32,000 bases of DNA, from the NCBI RefSeq assembly GCF_000025945.1, contig NC_006138.1, forward strand, positions 390,001-422,000, read 5' to 3'. The notes below the pieces were generated by a model. The model saw only the letters and a list, made by a program, of their open reading frames with translations. It made no database searches and was not told the origin of the DNA. The translations under genes were made by a program, and so were the position numbers. Within the stretch, counting starts at the first letter, position 1. Each line of letters begins with the position of its first letter. This DNA comes from Desulfotalea psychrophila LSv54 (GTDB lineage: Bacteria > Desulfobacterota > Desulfobulbia > Desulfobulbales > Desulfocapsaceae). Shown in pieces: positions 16,141 through 25,057 of this stretch.

Positions 16141-16273
16141 CTCTAAAAACAGGACAGTCTGCGATGAACAACTGCCTAACTTTTAGACACTTGTTTTTAA
16201 TGAATACATACTCTAACTTAATAGAATACGATGTGGAGAGACAAAGATCAAATCTGTGAAAGAGGCAAGAATC

Positions 16274-17947
16274 ATGAAAAAAAAAAATAAGTTCAAGCAT
16301 AAGATCCCACAATCGCCCTCCTCTTTTCAACTCTCAACAGGACCCTTTTTATTTCTCTTTAGCATCGTTATTATCTTTATCCTCTTTGCAATCTCAACCC
16401 GAGACAACATCCATCGAGCCCAAAATTTTATGAAATCCTCACTGCTCAATCAGGGGGGAATTATCATCTCATCCATTGAAGCAATGAATGCTGATGCCCT
16501 GGACAGGCCTGAATACTTTAATAATTTTATCTCAGAAATTTCTCAAAACGATGAGATCCTCTTTATCGCCATGGAACCAAAGGGCCTTATCATCGATAAG
16601 GGGAGAGGCCTTTATAATAAATTCAGAGTTCATCTCACAAAAGAGAAGATAGAGTCAATGAGAGGTACAGGGCTGACAAGCCACAAAAAAGAACAGGGAC
16701 TTTTTGTGATTTCAAAATTAATTCAACAGGGATCTTCAGGAGCAGAGCAGATCATATCGGTGGGAATTTCCACCGGGACATTTGATCAGGCCCAAGAGGA
16801 GGATCGCCACCATGCATTTATTATGACGGCAATTTTGTTCCTGCTGGCACTATCGGGGATGTACTTCCTATTTCTCTACCAGAAAATGCGCTCCTTTAGT
16901 GCCACCATTGCAGATATGAAGCTCTATACGGATAGTATTCTTAAATCTGTACCGGTGAGTATCGTCACCATAGATAACCAAAACAGACTCATCTCTTACA
17001 ATCAATGCACGACAGACATCCTTGGCCTAAAGTCGGAGAATCTTGAAGGAATTGAAATAGATAAGATAATACCTGCCTACTCCAGCCATCTGAATTCAAC
17101 GAATCAGCTCACAAATGAAATAGAGGCAGGAGATGGAGGCAAGGAGAAGAGATCATTAAGAATCAGCTGTTCACCACTCATTAGCCAAGGCCAGGTCAAT
17201 ATGGGCAAGGTTTTGGTTATTGAAAACATAAGCAAGTTTAAAAACATGGAGGCCCAGCTGGAGCTTTCCAGAAGAATGGCAGCCCTCGGCAAGATGGCTT
17301 CAGGAATTGCCCATGAAATTCGAAATCCCCTGGGGACCCTGCGGGGATTTGCCTATTTTTTCGGTAAATCAAACAATGCCAGCGAGGAGACAAAGGAATA
17401 TTCCCAACTAATGGTGGCTGAAATTGACCGATTAAACAGAATCGTCTCCGGCCTGCTGCAATTCTCCCGACCAAGAGAGCCGCAATTGCAGACCACATGC
17501 CTGTCTGAACTCCTAAAAAAGATTAAACTTTTACTGGAGATGGATTTTTCCACTGCCAAAATTAAAGTCTCCTGGCCAATGGATCAGGGAATTATAATCA
17601 ACGCCGATCCGGACTTAATCCTCCAGGTGCTCATGAATATTTTACGCAATAGTATCATCGCCACAGCAACTGGCGGTACGATAGATATTGAGTGTAGTGA
17701 AGACAATGACAGTGTTATTATCTCCATAGCAGACACCGGGTGCGGCATGTCAGAAAAAGAGAGAGAACAGATGTTCGATCCATTTTTCACCACCAGCAAA
17801 ACAGGCACGGGACTCGGTTTGGCTGTAAGCCATCAAATCATAGCGCAACATCGAGGTTTTTTTGAGGTTTCCACTGCTCAAAACAGGGGCACAAATATTC
17901 GTATCATCCTACCCAAAAAGCCAAATAATGAAGGGGCTGCTCAATGA
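16274..17947 (+). CDS. Sensor histidine kinase (periplasmic sensor, PAS, HisKA, HATPase_c), ZraS/AtoS-like
   Basis: The track start is GTG 16256. ATG 16274 has AAGAGG 8 nt upstream. Two TM segments flank a periplasmic region of about 150 aa. A PAS-like segment follows (SILKSVPVSIVTIDNQNRLISYN). The H-box is ASGIAHEIRNPL, and the N and G boxes are NILRNSI, DTGCGM and GTGLGLAV. Confidence 0.9.
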   Translation: MKKKNKFKHKIPQSPSSFQLSTGPFLFLFSIVIIFILFAISTRDNIHRAQNFMKSSLLNQGGIIISSIEAMNADALDRPEYFNNFISEISQNDEILFIAMEPKGLIIDKGRGLYNKFRVHLTKEKIESMRGTGLTSHKKEQGLFVISKLIQQGSSGAEQIISVGISTGTFDQAQEEDRHHAFIMTAILFLLALSGMYFLFLYQKMRSFSATIADMKLYTDSILKSVPVSIVTIDNQNRLISYNQCTTDILGLKSENLEGIEIDKIIPAYSSHLNSTNQLTNEIEAGDGGKEKRSLRISCSPLISQGQVNMGKVLVIENISKFKNMEAQLELSRRMAALGKMASGIAHEIRNPLGTLRGFAYFFGKSNNASEETKEYSQLMVAEIDRLNRIVSGLLQFSRPREPQLQTTCLSELLKKIKLLLEMDFSTAKIKVSWPMDQGIIINADPDLILQVLMNILRNSIIATATGGTIDIECSEDNDSVIISIADTGCGMSEKEREQMFDPFFTTSKTGTGLGLAVSHQIIAQHRGFFEVSTAQNRGTNIRIILPKKPNNEGAAQ

Positions 17948-19275
17948 AAAAAATACTTCTGGTAGACGATGACAAGGGGCATAGAACCATGCTCAAGGTA
18001 AACCTCGGTGAACTCGGCTATCAGGTAATTACGGCAGGAGATGGCGATGAGGTTCTAGCCAAACTTACTAAAAACAAGATTGATCTCATCCTCCTTGATA
18101 TGAAGATGCCTCGCATCGATGGCCTCGCCACCCTCTCCCTGCTCTCCCAGCAGAACAACAGGATTCCCGTTATTGTCATTACCGCCTTTTCATCCATGGA
18201 AAATGCCATTGAGGCCATGAAGAAGGGTGCCTTTGACTATGTCACCAAACCGGTTGATATAGATAACTTGCATATTGCAATATCAAAGGCCCTGCATCAA
18301 AAGATATCTCCTCCTCTCTCTCCCGGCACAGAGCCTCAGGCCGACAGCAAGTTCCCTGAGATCATCGGGGAGAGTGCTCCCATGCAGGAACTTTTTTCCC
18401 AGATATCCCTCATTGCCCCCAGCGATGCAACCATCCTTCTCTCAGGAGAATCAGGCACGGGCAAGGAACTGGTGGCAACGGCAATACATAGGCACAGCAA
18501 GAGAAAAGAGGGGGCACTGATCCGGATTAACTGTGCTGCCCTGCATGAAAATTTACTTGAAAGCGAGCTCTTTGGTCACGAGCTGGGGGCCTTCACCGGA
18601 GCAGCAAAACAAAAAAAAGGCCTTTTCGAACGGGCGGACAAGGGCACCCTCTTTCTCGATGAAATTGGAGATATGAGCCTGACAACTCAGGTAAAGATAC
18701 TCCGGGTTTTACAGGAGGGCGAGTTTGAACGGGTAGGCGGAAATGACTCCATCAAGGTCAATGTGAGAATTATCGCCGCCAGCCATAGGAATTTAGAAAA
18801 ATTGATAGAAGAAGGCACCTTCCGCCAGGACCTCTTTTTTCGCCTCTCCGTTGTCCCTCTCCACCTACCTGCCCTACGAGAGAGACTGGTCGACATCCCC
18901 ATCCTGGCAAACTTCTTCCTCTCTCTCTACAACAAGAAAAACAGAAAGGATATCAAAGGATTCAGCCAGGAAGCATTGGATTTACTGATGGAATATCCCT
19001 GGCCCGGCAATATCAGAGAATTAGAAAACAGCATTGAACGTGGTGTCATCCTCTGTCTCGGTGAACAGATAACGGCCCACGAACTCCCGCCCCAGTTTTT
19101 CCGCAATCGCAGCCCGGGCGAGCTGAGCAGTCGAGACACCCTGCGAGACGTCGAGAAGAGGGCTATCCAACAGGCCTTGGCACGATCCGGCTTCAATAAG
19201 AGCGCCACGGCAAAGCAACTCGGCATTGCCCGGCAAACCTTGCTCAACAAGATAAGAGACTACGGGCTGGAATAG
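17944..19275 (+). CDS. Sigma-54-dependent response regulator (REC, AAA+, Fis-type HTH), NtrC/ZraR family
   Basis: The start is an ATGA overlap with the kinase stop. The REC domain carries LILLDMKMP. The AAA+ Walker A is GESGTGKE, and the sigma-54 contact loop GAFTGA is present (ELGAFTGAA). The C-terminal HTH is ATAKQLGIARQTLLNKIRDYGL. Confidence 0.95.
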   Translation: MKKILLVDDDKGHRTMLKVNLGELGYQVITAGDGDEVLAKLTKNKIDLILLDMKMPRIDGLATLSLLSQQNNRIPVIVITAFSSMENAIEAMKKGAFDYVTKPVDIDNLHIAISKALHQKISPPLSPGTEPQADSKFPEIIGESAPMQELFSQISLIAPSDATILLSGESGTGKELVATAIHRHSKRKEGALIRINCAALHENLLESELFGHELGAFTGAAKQKKGLFERADKGTLFLDEIGDMSLTTQVKILRVLQEGEFERVGGNDSIKVNVRIIAASHRNLEKLIEEGTFRQDLFFRLSVVPLHLPALRERLVDIPILANFFLSLYNKKNRKDIKGFSQEALDLLMEYPWPGNIRELENSIERGVILCLGEQITAHELPPQFFRNRSPGELSSRDTLRDVEKRAIQQALARSGFNKSATAKQLGIARQTLLNKIRDYGLE

Positions 19276-19507
19276 GGCCATCTCTTCCACCACCAAAACG
19301 GCCGAAGTGACCCAATCCAGCCATTCGCTCATGCCGGCCCAGACAATAGGATAGGGGACCAGCACGGCTTTTCCACAAAACAGGCTCTATGCAATAATAT
19401 ATGGAAACTCTCTTTAGAGACGAGTCTCAACAATACCCCTCCAGCCCCAACCCCGCAATCCATCAAGATTACCTATTAACGTCATCCACACTATATCAAA
19501 AAATGCG

Positions 19508-19523
19508 TGGCAACAGCCTGGCT
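19508..19523 (+). promoter_or_regulatory. Candidate sigma-54 promoter upstream of the ABC transporter operon
   Basis: TGGCAACAGCCTGGCT has GG and GC at the canonical 12-nt register. The -12 element is TGGCT rather than TTGCW. The site lies 75 nt upstream of the SBP start codon. Confidence 0.35.
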
Positions 19524-19597
19524 TTTTGACTACCCTAGCGCCGATACTCAAACTACTCTTGACGCAATCAAGCGAGAACCCTTAAACAGGATAGAGA

Positions 19598-20590
19598 ATG
19601 AAAATAAAAAAATGGAGCCTGGCGCTGACACTGCTCGTTTTGCTCAGCACTAATGTCTTTGCAGCAGACGCCCTCAAGCAGAGCGGCAAAGGAATAAAGA
19701 TTTGGTTTGACACGGGAGGCCCCGTTGGCGGCAGCTATAATACCGTGGTGCAAAATGGGGCCCAACAGGCAGCGACTGATCTTGGCTGTGAGATTGAATT
19801 CATGTACTCCAACTGGAGTCCACAGAAGATGATCGAAAACCTAAAAAAGGCCATTGCCGCAGGGCCTGATGGTGTTGTAGTGATGGGACATCCGGGTGAT
19901 GATGCCTACGCGCCACTGATTAAAGAGGCCGAAGAGAAGGGGATAATAATTACCTCAGCCGATACTGAACTCCCTAAGTTGATGGCACAGTACCAGGCAG
20001 CAGGGTTTGGTTATGCGGGGGTAAGCAACTACGGGCGAGGCAAGGCCCTGGCCTCTGAGGCCATCAATCGTTTTGCCCTTAAAAAAGGAGACAGGGCCCT
20101 AGTCTGGGGCCTGCAGAGTCGCCCAACCCGTGGCCTCAGCTCCAGGGCTATTATCGAAACCCTTCAGGCTGCCGGTATTGAGGTAGACTATATGGAGATC
20201 AGCTCGGAGATCGATAAAGATGCCAGCCTCGGCACCTCGGTAATCGCCGCCTATCTCTCCTCTAATCCCGACTGCGACATTGTCTTTACCGACCATGGAG
20301 CGCTGACCGCTCAACAGGAAAACTTCTTTCGAGCAGCAGGCCTTGGCCCGGATGAGATCATCGGTGCCGGCTTCAGCCTCTCGCCTGCCACCGCAGCTGG
20401 CATTAAATCCGGTTATGTGGATCTTGTCGGTGATGGCCAGCCCTATCTCCAGGGCTATCTGCCCGTATTACAGATCGTTCTCACCAAGCGCTTCGGCTTT
20501 TCCGGACTTGAAGTCCAAACAGGCGGCGGCTTTATCCATAAAGGAAATATTGACCTGATAGAACCTCTTGCCAAGAAAGGGATACGTTAA
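19598..20590 (+). CDS. Sugar-type ABC transporter periplasmic substrate-binding protein (RbsB/LacI-type periplasmic binding fold)
   Basis: The signal peptide is MKIKKWSLALTLLVLLSTNVFA. The SD is AGGATAGAGA. The length (330 aa) and layout are typical of cluster-B sugar SBPs. An ATPase and a permease follow. Confidence 0.8.
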   Translation: MKIKKWSLALTLLVLLSTNVFAADALKQSGKGIKIWFDTGGPVGGSYNTVVQNGAQQAATDLGCEIEFMYSNWSPQKMIENLKKAIAAGPDGVVVMGHPGDDAYAPLIKEAEEKGIIITSADTELPKLMAQYQAAGFGYAGVSNYGRGKALASEAINRFALKKGDRALVWGLQSRPTRGLSSRAIIETLQAAGIEVDYMEISSEIDKDASLGTSVIAAYLSSNPDCDIVFTDHGALTAQQENFFRAAGLGPDEIIGAGFSLSPATAAGIKSGYVDLVGDGQPYLQGYLPVLQIVLTKRFGFSGLEVQTGGGFIHKGNIDLIEPLAKKGIR

Positions 20591-20597
20591 TCTACAG

Positions 20598-21368
20598 ATG
20601 GATACCATACTCAAGGCCTCCGGGATCAATAAATCCTTTGGCCCCATACAGGCACTCGAAGGGGTTAACTTCTCTATCTATAGGGGAGAAGTTGTAGCCC
20701 TCATCGGTGATAATGGGGCAGGAAAATCCACCATTATCAAAATTCTCTCCGGCGTGCTCCGTCCGGATTCCGGCCGCCTACAGATAAACGGCCACGACAT
20801 CAACCTACGGCATCACTCCGTTATCAAAGCCCGGACCATGGGAGTTGAAACCGTCTACCAGGAACGATCTCTGGGAGAGAAGCAACCACTGTGGCGCAAT
20901 GTCTTTGTCGGTCGACACCTGCATAATGCCTTGGGTTTTATCCGGATACGAGAGGAGAAGGAAATTACCCTCTCCATGCTCAAAGAGAGTATTGGCCTCA
21001 AGGGTGTCGGTATCTCTGCCGACGCCCTGGTAGGTACACTCTCGGGTGGGGAGAGACAGGGTTTGGCCATTAGTCGGGCCATGCATTTCAACGCAGCCTT
21101 AACCATCCTCGACGAACCAACCACGGCCCTGGCAGTAAAAGAGGTGAGACGTGTCCTCGACTATATTCGCGCCATCCCCAAACAGGGGAAATCTGCCCTC
21201 TTTGTCTCCCATAACCTGCACCACATACATGAGATAGCAGATCGTTTTCTCTTTGTCAGCCATGGAAGCATTGTCCACCAGTGCAGAAAAAAAGAGATGT
21301 CTGTCTCTGAGCTCTTTGAAAAATTAGATCAAATTTCTGCCGCACGAGGCAAAAATGGAGAAGTTTAA
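20598..21368 (+). CDS. ABC transporter ATP-binding protein (single NBD)
   Basis: The track start is TTG 20568. ATG 20598 (MDTILKASGINKSFG) lies 8 nt after the SBP stop. The motifs are Walker A GDNGAGKST, signature LSGGERQ, Walker B LTILDEPT and H-loop VSHN. The ATPase has a single NBD (like FrcA), not the fused double NBD of RbsA/XylG. Confidence 0.9.
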   Translation: MDTILKASGINKSFGPIQALEGVNFSIYRGEVVALIGDNGAGKSTIIKILSGVLRPDSGRLQINGHDINLRHHSVIKARTMGVETVYQERSLGEKQPLWRNVFVGRHLHNALGFIRIREEKEITLSMLKESIGLKGVGISADALVGTLSGGERQGLAISRAMHFNAALTILDEPTTALAVKEVRRVLDYIRAIPKQGKSALFVSHNLHHIHEIADRFLFVSHGSIVHQCRKKEMSVSELFEKLDQISAARGKNGEV

Positions 21369-22332
21369 CAGAATGAAAGCATACCTCGTCAGCTACCGTT
21401 TCCAGTTGGGTATTCTTAGCCTACTTCTTGCTCTTTTGGGTCTGTTTATGTACCTCAGCCCCCAGACATTTCTCCATCAACGGATCTACGTGGCCTTTAT
21501 GTCCACCATCCCCTTTCCCACCATCCTTGCCTTGGGGCTTACCCTCCTCATTATTGCCGGAGAGATGGACATGTCCTTTCCCTCGGTGATGGTCATCTCG
21601 GGTCTGGCCTTTTCCTCAGTCTTTCAGGCAACCTCAAGTCCGCTGCTCGGTTTTTTTGCCGCCCTTGGCACCGGAGCCTTCGCAGGGCTCTGCAATGGTC
21701 TCATTGTCGTAAAAATCGGGGTCCCCGCCATTATCGCCACCATCGGCACCCAGTTCTTCTGGCGAGGAGCGTCCACCCTGCTCTGTAACGGCCTTGCCCT
21801 CAACCTCACCGAGGTACGCCCTACTCTCTTCCATGATATAATGGTGGGCAGACTCTGGGGATGGCTTCCCATGCAAACCGTCTGGTGCCTTGCTCTGGCC
21901 ATCATGGTCTGGCTCCTGCTCAACCGCCATGTCTTTGGCGACAGTGTTCGCTTTATTGGCGATGACATTGGCACCGCAAAAATGATGGGGGTACAAACCG
22001 ATGGGGTACGGATTAGCCTCTTTATTTTCATGGGCCTGATAAGTGCTCTGGCATCGGTCATGGTCTGTCTGGAGATGGCCAACTGGTGGCCCACCCAAGG
22101 CGAGGGCTATATGCTCCTGGTCTTTGCCGCAGTCTTTCTGGGCGGAACCTCTGTTTTTGGCGGACAGGGCACCATTTTTGGCACCCTTATCGGGGCAATC
22201 ATTATCGGCATACTGGAGGCGGGCATCATCAGCGCCGGTCTTTCAGGCTACTGGACACGACTCATCCATGGCCTGGTAATCGTTATCTCTGTCTCTCTCT
22301 ACGCCATCGCCTTCAAGACTCGACGCACATAG
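21355..22332 (+). CDS. ABC transporter permease (RbsC/BPD_transp_2 type)
   Basis: The product is 325 aa, polytopic and hydrophobic, with GEMDMSFPS and GGTSVFGGQGTIFGT motifs typical of ribose/xylose-type permeases. An alternative start is ATG 21373, 4 nt after the ATPase stop and with GGAG upstream. Confidence 0.9.
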   Translation: MEKFNRMKAYLVSYRFQLGILSLLLALLGLFMYLSPQTFLHQRIYVAFMSTIPFPTILALGLTLLIIAGEMDMSFPSVMVISGLAFSSVFQATSSPLLGFFAALGTGAFAGLCNGLIVVKIGVPAIIATIGTQFFWRGASTLLCNGLALNLTEVRPTLFHDIMVGRLWGWLPMQTVWCLALAIMVWLLLNRHVFGDSVRFIGDDIGTAKMMGVQTDGVRISLFIFMGLISALASVMVCLEMANWWPTQGEGYMLLVFAAVFLGGTSVFGGQGTIFGTLIGAIIIGILEAGIISAGLSGYWTRLIHGLVIVISVSLYAIAFKTRRT

Positions 22333-22489
22333 GTCCTGCCCTCTTTATGGCCTCAGCCCTCCTTTATGATTTGGCAAATTTATCCCTAGCCCATACTCTT
22401 ATGCTATACTGTTTGAAATGGTAACAAATGAGAACAGCACGCTCGACAGAAAAAAGGGCCGAAAGATCAAAATCTTATAGGGAGGGTGA

Positions 22490-22867
22490 ATGAACAATAT
22501 ACCGTACCACCACACAGCCAAAGAGATTAAGGATGAAATCAATAAACTGACGGACGATGCAAGTAACCAGGTTATAGAGGAGACTGCGCATCGCTTGGAG
22601 GGTCTGAACTATGCCCCCCCCATCACCACTCCCATGGAAAAATTTTTAAGAATTAACAAGGGTGGAATAATGGCAGAGATAGAGAGAATCCTTAACATGT
22701 CAGCTGAAGAGGCCTGCACCATAGTTCTGACCCAGCCGAGCAAATGTGAGGATATCAAGGTACAGACCATCTCCATCCTCTTCTATTATTACAAAGAGCT
22801 CCTCCTTCTGCGCGCAGGAGATGGCAAGACATGGGACGATATTGACGAAATGTATCTCTACGATTAA
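22490..22867 (+). CDS. Hypothetical protein (125 aa), no family recognised
   Basis: The SD is good (GGAGGG, 3-4 nt before the ATG) and the composition is non-repetitive and acidic. I recognise no motif. Confidence 0.5.
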   Translation: MNNIPYHHTAKEIKDEINKLTDDASNQVIEETAHRLEGLNYAPPITTPMEKFLRINKGGIMAEIERILNMSAEEACTIVLTQPSKCEDIKVQTISILFYYYKELLLLRAGDGKTWDDIDEMYLYD

Positions 22868-22875
22868 TCGCTGAA

Positions 22876-22903
22876 ATCTGCGCTGGCCATTAGCGGCGCA
22901 GAT
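22876..22903. terminator. Hairpin between convergent genes (no U-tract)
   Basis: ATCTGCGC (22876-22883) pairs with GCGCAGAT (22896-22903) around a 12-nt loop. It lies between the stops at 22867 (+) and 22915 (-). Confidence 0.3.
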
Positions 22904-22914
22904 CTGAGAGATGT

Positions 22915-23154
22915 TTACCCGCCAAAATATCGCCGAATGCCCCTGAAGAGATTAGAGGGCGCCTCAAAGATAGTCTGCAGCATACCTGTTGCCAAGACCC
23001 TTGGCTCATATGCCGCGCCATCACCCTTTACCCTGAAATCAGAGTAGAATTTTGTGCCACACTGTGGACACTTCATAAGCATTCCACCAATCTTGGTGGG
23101 AAAACGCAGCCGCTGTCCACAATCCGGACACTCTTTTATCATTGAATCCGCCAT
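22915..23154 (-). CDS. Zinc-ribbon domain protein (79 aa)
   Basis: There are two CxxC pairs, CPDCGQRLRF...KCPQCGTKF (an MJ0042-type zinc ribbon), followed by a short tail. Confidence 0.6.
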   Translation of the reverse strand: MADSMIKECPDCGQRLRFPTKIGGMLMKCPQCGTKFYSDFRVKGDGAAYEPRVLATGMLQTIFEAPSNLFRGIRRYFGG

Positions 23155-23413
23155 AGCACTCCCCTACACCAGCCCAGACACCTAACTAGTTATATTGAAC
23201 AAAAGCAAAAACAGCAGACAGCAGTCAAACCACAAAAATGGCCCTGCCTGCGACAGATAAACCAAACAATATCAACATGTAATAGTACAAAACCACCAAA
23301 AACCAACTTCCCTCAAAAAAATAGCATTAATTACTCGCAACAGAGATAGAGAAGGAATATACTATATCTATGCTGGCGTATTTGTATCCAAAAATTTTAT
23401 ATGGAGAGTTGTT

Positions 23414-23899
23414 ATGAACATCATAAAGCCGATAGACTCTATTGTTGCCCCTATTGATTTTTCAAAAAATTCAGAATTTGTTGCCCAATCTGCTGCCTAT
23501 ATCGCTGGACAGTTTAATGCAGCCCTGCACTTTGTCTACGTTGTCCAGGAATTTGATTATAACGCAGGATTCTTTTCACCAGAAAAATCTGTTGCAGATC
23601 TGGAGACTGAGCTGTTTATAAGCGCAACGAAAAAAATGGAAGACTTCTACAATGTCAATCTCCCTCTCCTTAACAAGAATTGCAAAGAGATCACCACCAA
23701 GGTCTTAGCAGGTGATATCAGTGAACAGATCATCGGATACGCTTCGAGTTTAGAGACGGGAATGATCGTCATGGGTACCCACGGCTATAAGGGACTGGAA
23801 AAGATCATGTTTGGTAGTGTCGCCAACAAGGTTGTGCAAAACTCTCACTGCCCTGTCCTTACCGTCAATCCATATAAATGTAACGTCACCCCTAAATAG
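23414..23899 (+). CDS. Universal stress protein (UspA family)
   Basis: The 161-aa product carries the C-terminal ATP-binding motif MIVMGTHGYKGLEKIMFGSVANKVVQNSHCPVLTV. Confidence 0.9.
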   Translation: MNIIKPIDSIVAPIDFSKNSEFVAQSAAYIAGQFNAALHFVYVVQEFDYNAGFFSPEKSVADLETELFISATKKMEDFYNVNLPLLNKNCKEITTKVLAGDISEQIIGYASSLETGMIVMGTHGYKGLEKIMFGSVANKVVQNSHCPVLTVNPYKCNVTPK

Positions 23900-23911
23900 A
23901 GAGCTCTCCCC

Positions 23912-23936
23912 GGCCAACCTTCCTACAAGGTTGGCC
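23912..23936. terminator. Perfect 10-bp hairpin between convergent uspA-like and tauE-like genes
   Basis: GGCCAACCTT, CCTAC, AAGGTTGGCC. The flanks are C- and G-rich rather than U-rich. Confidence 0.5.
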
Positions 23937-23945
23937 CCCCCACCT

Positions 23946-24734
23946 TTAGAAACTCCCCCACAACATCTTAAGCCCCACCACATAGAGAAGCATGGAAAAT
24001 ATTTTTTTCAGCTTGGCTACAGGCAGACTATGGGCCAGACGAGCGCCAAGAGGGGCTGTGCAAACAGAAGTGAGCACAATACCAGCAAGAGCCGTCAGGT
24101 GAACAAAGCCAAAGGTCCCGGCCGGCAAACCGCTCACCATCAGGCCATTAACTATATAACCGGCACTGCCCGCCAGGGCAATGGGCAGACCAATAGCCGC
24201 CGAAGTGCCAATGGCCTGATGCATGGCAATATTATTCCAAACCAAAAAGGGCACGGAGAGGGTGCCGCCACCAATACCTACCAGACTGGAAAAGGTGCCA
24301 ATGACAGAGCCGGCGCCAAAGATCCCCACCGTTCCCGGCAAATCACGGCTTGCATTTGGCCGTATACTGAGCAGCATCTGAGTTGCCACATAGAGCAGGA
24401 ATACCCCGAAAAAGACCTTTAAAAAGGTGGTGGAAAGCTGGGAGGCCACCCAGGCCCCGAAAAAAGTGCCCACCAAAATGCCCGGAGTAATCCGCCCAAC
24501 CACCGGCCAAAGCACAGCCCCACGTTTATGGTGGGCCCAGAGACTGGAGAGAGAGGTACAGATAATACTGGCAAGAGAGGTCCCCAGGGCTACATGCAGC
24601 AGATATTCAGGGGGTACCTGAGAGGCAAGGGCAAAGGTGAGCATAGGGACAATCACCAGGCCACCCCCTATTCCAAGAAGTCCGGCAAGAAGTCCCGCCA
24701 CTGCTCCAACCGCCATATACAGAAAAAAAATCAT
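23946..24734 (-). CDS. TauE/SafE family sulfite/anion exporter (DUF81)
   Basis: The 262-aa polytopic product has an internal repeat. The motifs are GAVAGLLAGLLGIGGGLVIVPML and GTFSSLVGIGGGTLSVPFL. Confidence 0.9.
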   Translation of the reverse strand: MIFFLYMAVGAVAGLLAGLLGIGGGLVIVPMLTFALASQVPPEYLLHVALGTSLASIICTSLSSLWAHHKRGAVLWPVVGRITPGILVGTFFGAWVASQLSTTFLKVFFGVFLLYVATQMLLSIRPNASRDLPGTVGIFGAGSVIGTFSSLVGIGGGTLSVPFLVWNNIAMHQAIGTSAAIGLPIALAGSAGYIVNGLMVSGLPAGTFGFVHLTALAGIVLTSVCTAPLGARLAHSLPVAKLKKIFSMLLYVVGLKMLWGSF

Positions 24735-25057
24735 ATCAATTACCTTTTTTAAAACCTTCTTTTACCTAACAAACAAGACGCCAACCATCTGCACCAAACC
24801 ACAGGAACAACAGACAGAAGCCCCAGAGAAACCACCTCTACCTGCAATTCCCCCTTTTTGACTATGGGGCAGATCTATGCATAATAGACAGAGATAACAA
24901 ACATATTTTTTGTAGATAACAATACAGTCTGCTTCCACAGTAATATTTCACAGCTATTGTCGCAACTACTCCCTGCCAGAGCAGGCAAGGTCAATCTGCA
25001 TATCTCTGCAAAGCTACTTTGCTCAGATGCTATCCACGCACGGAAAAGGAGAAAAGA

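Noticed and set aside
21624-22098. Two ~155-aa minus-strand ORFs inside the ABC permease gene
   Set aside because: They are antisense shadows of a typical polytopic permease frame. Both are Arg/Pro-rich, and they overlap each other in different frames.
23811-24422. 203-aa plus-strand ORF overlapping the uspA end and the tauE gene
   Set aside because: It is antisense to a clear TauE/SafE membrane protein. The product is Gly/Arg/Gln/Thr-rich, hydrophilic and low-complexity, and its start lies inside uspA.
24983-25000. AGGCAAGGTCAATCTGCA upstream of gadB as a sigma-54 promoter
   Set aside because: The GC of the would-be -12 element is 2 nt out of register and the -24 T is missing.
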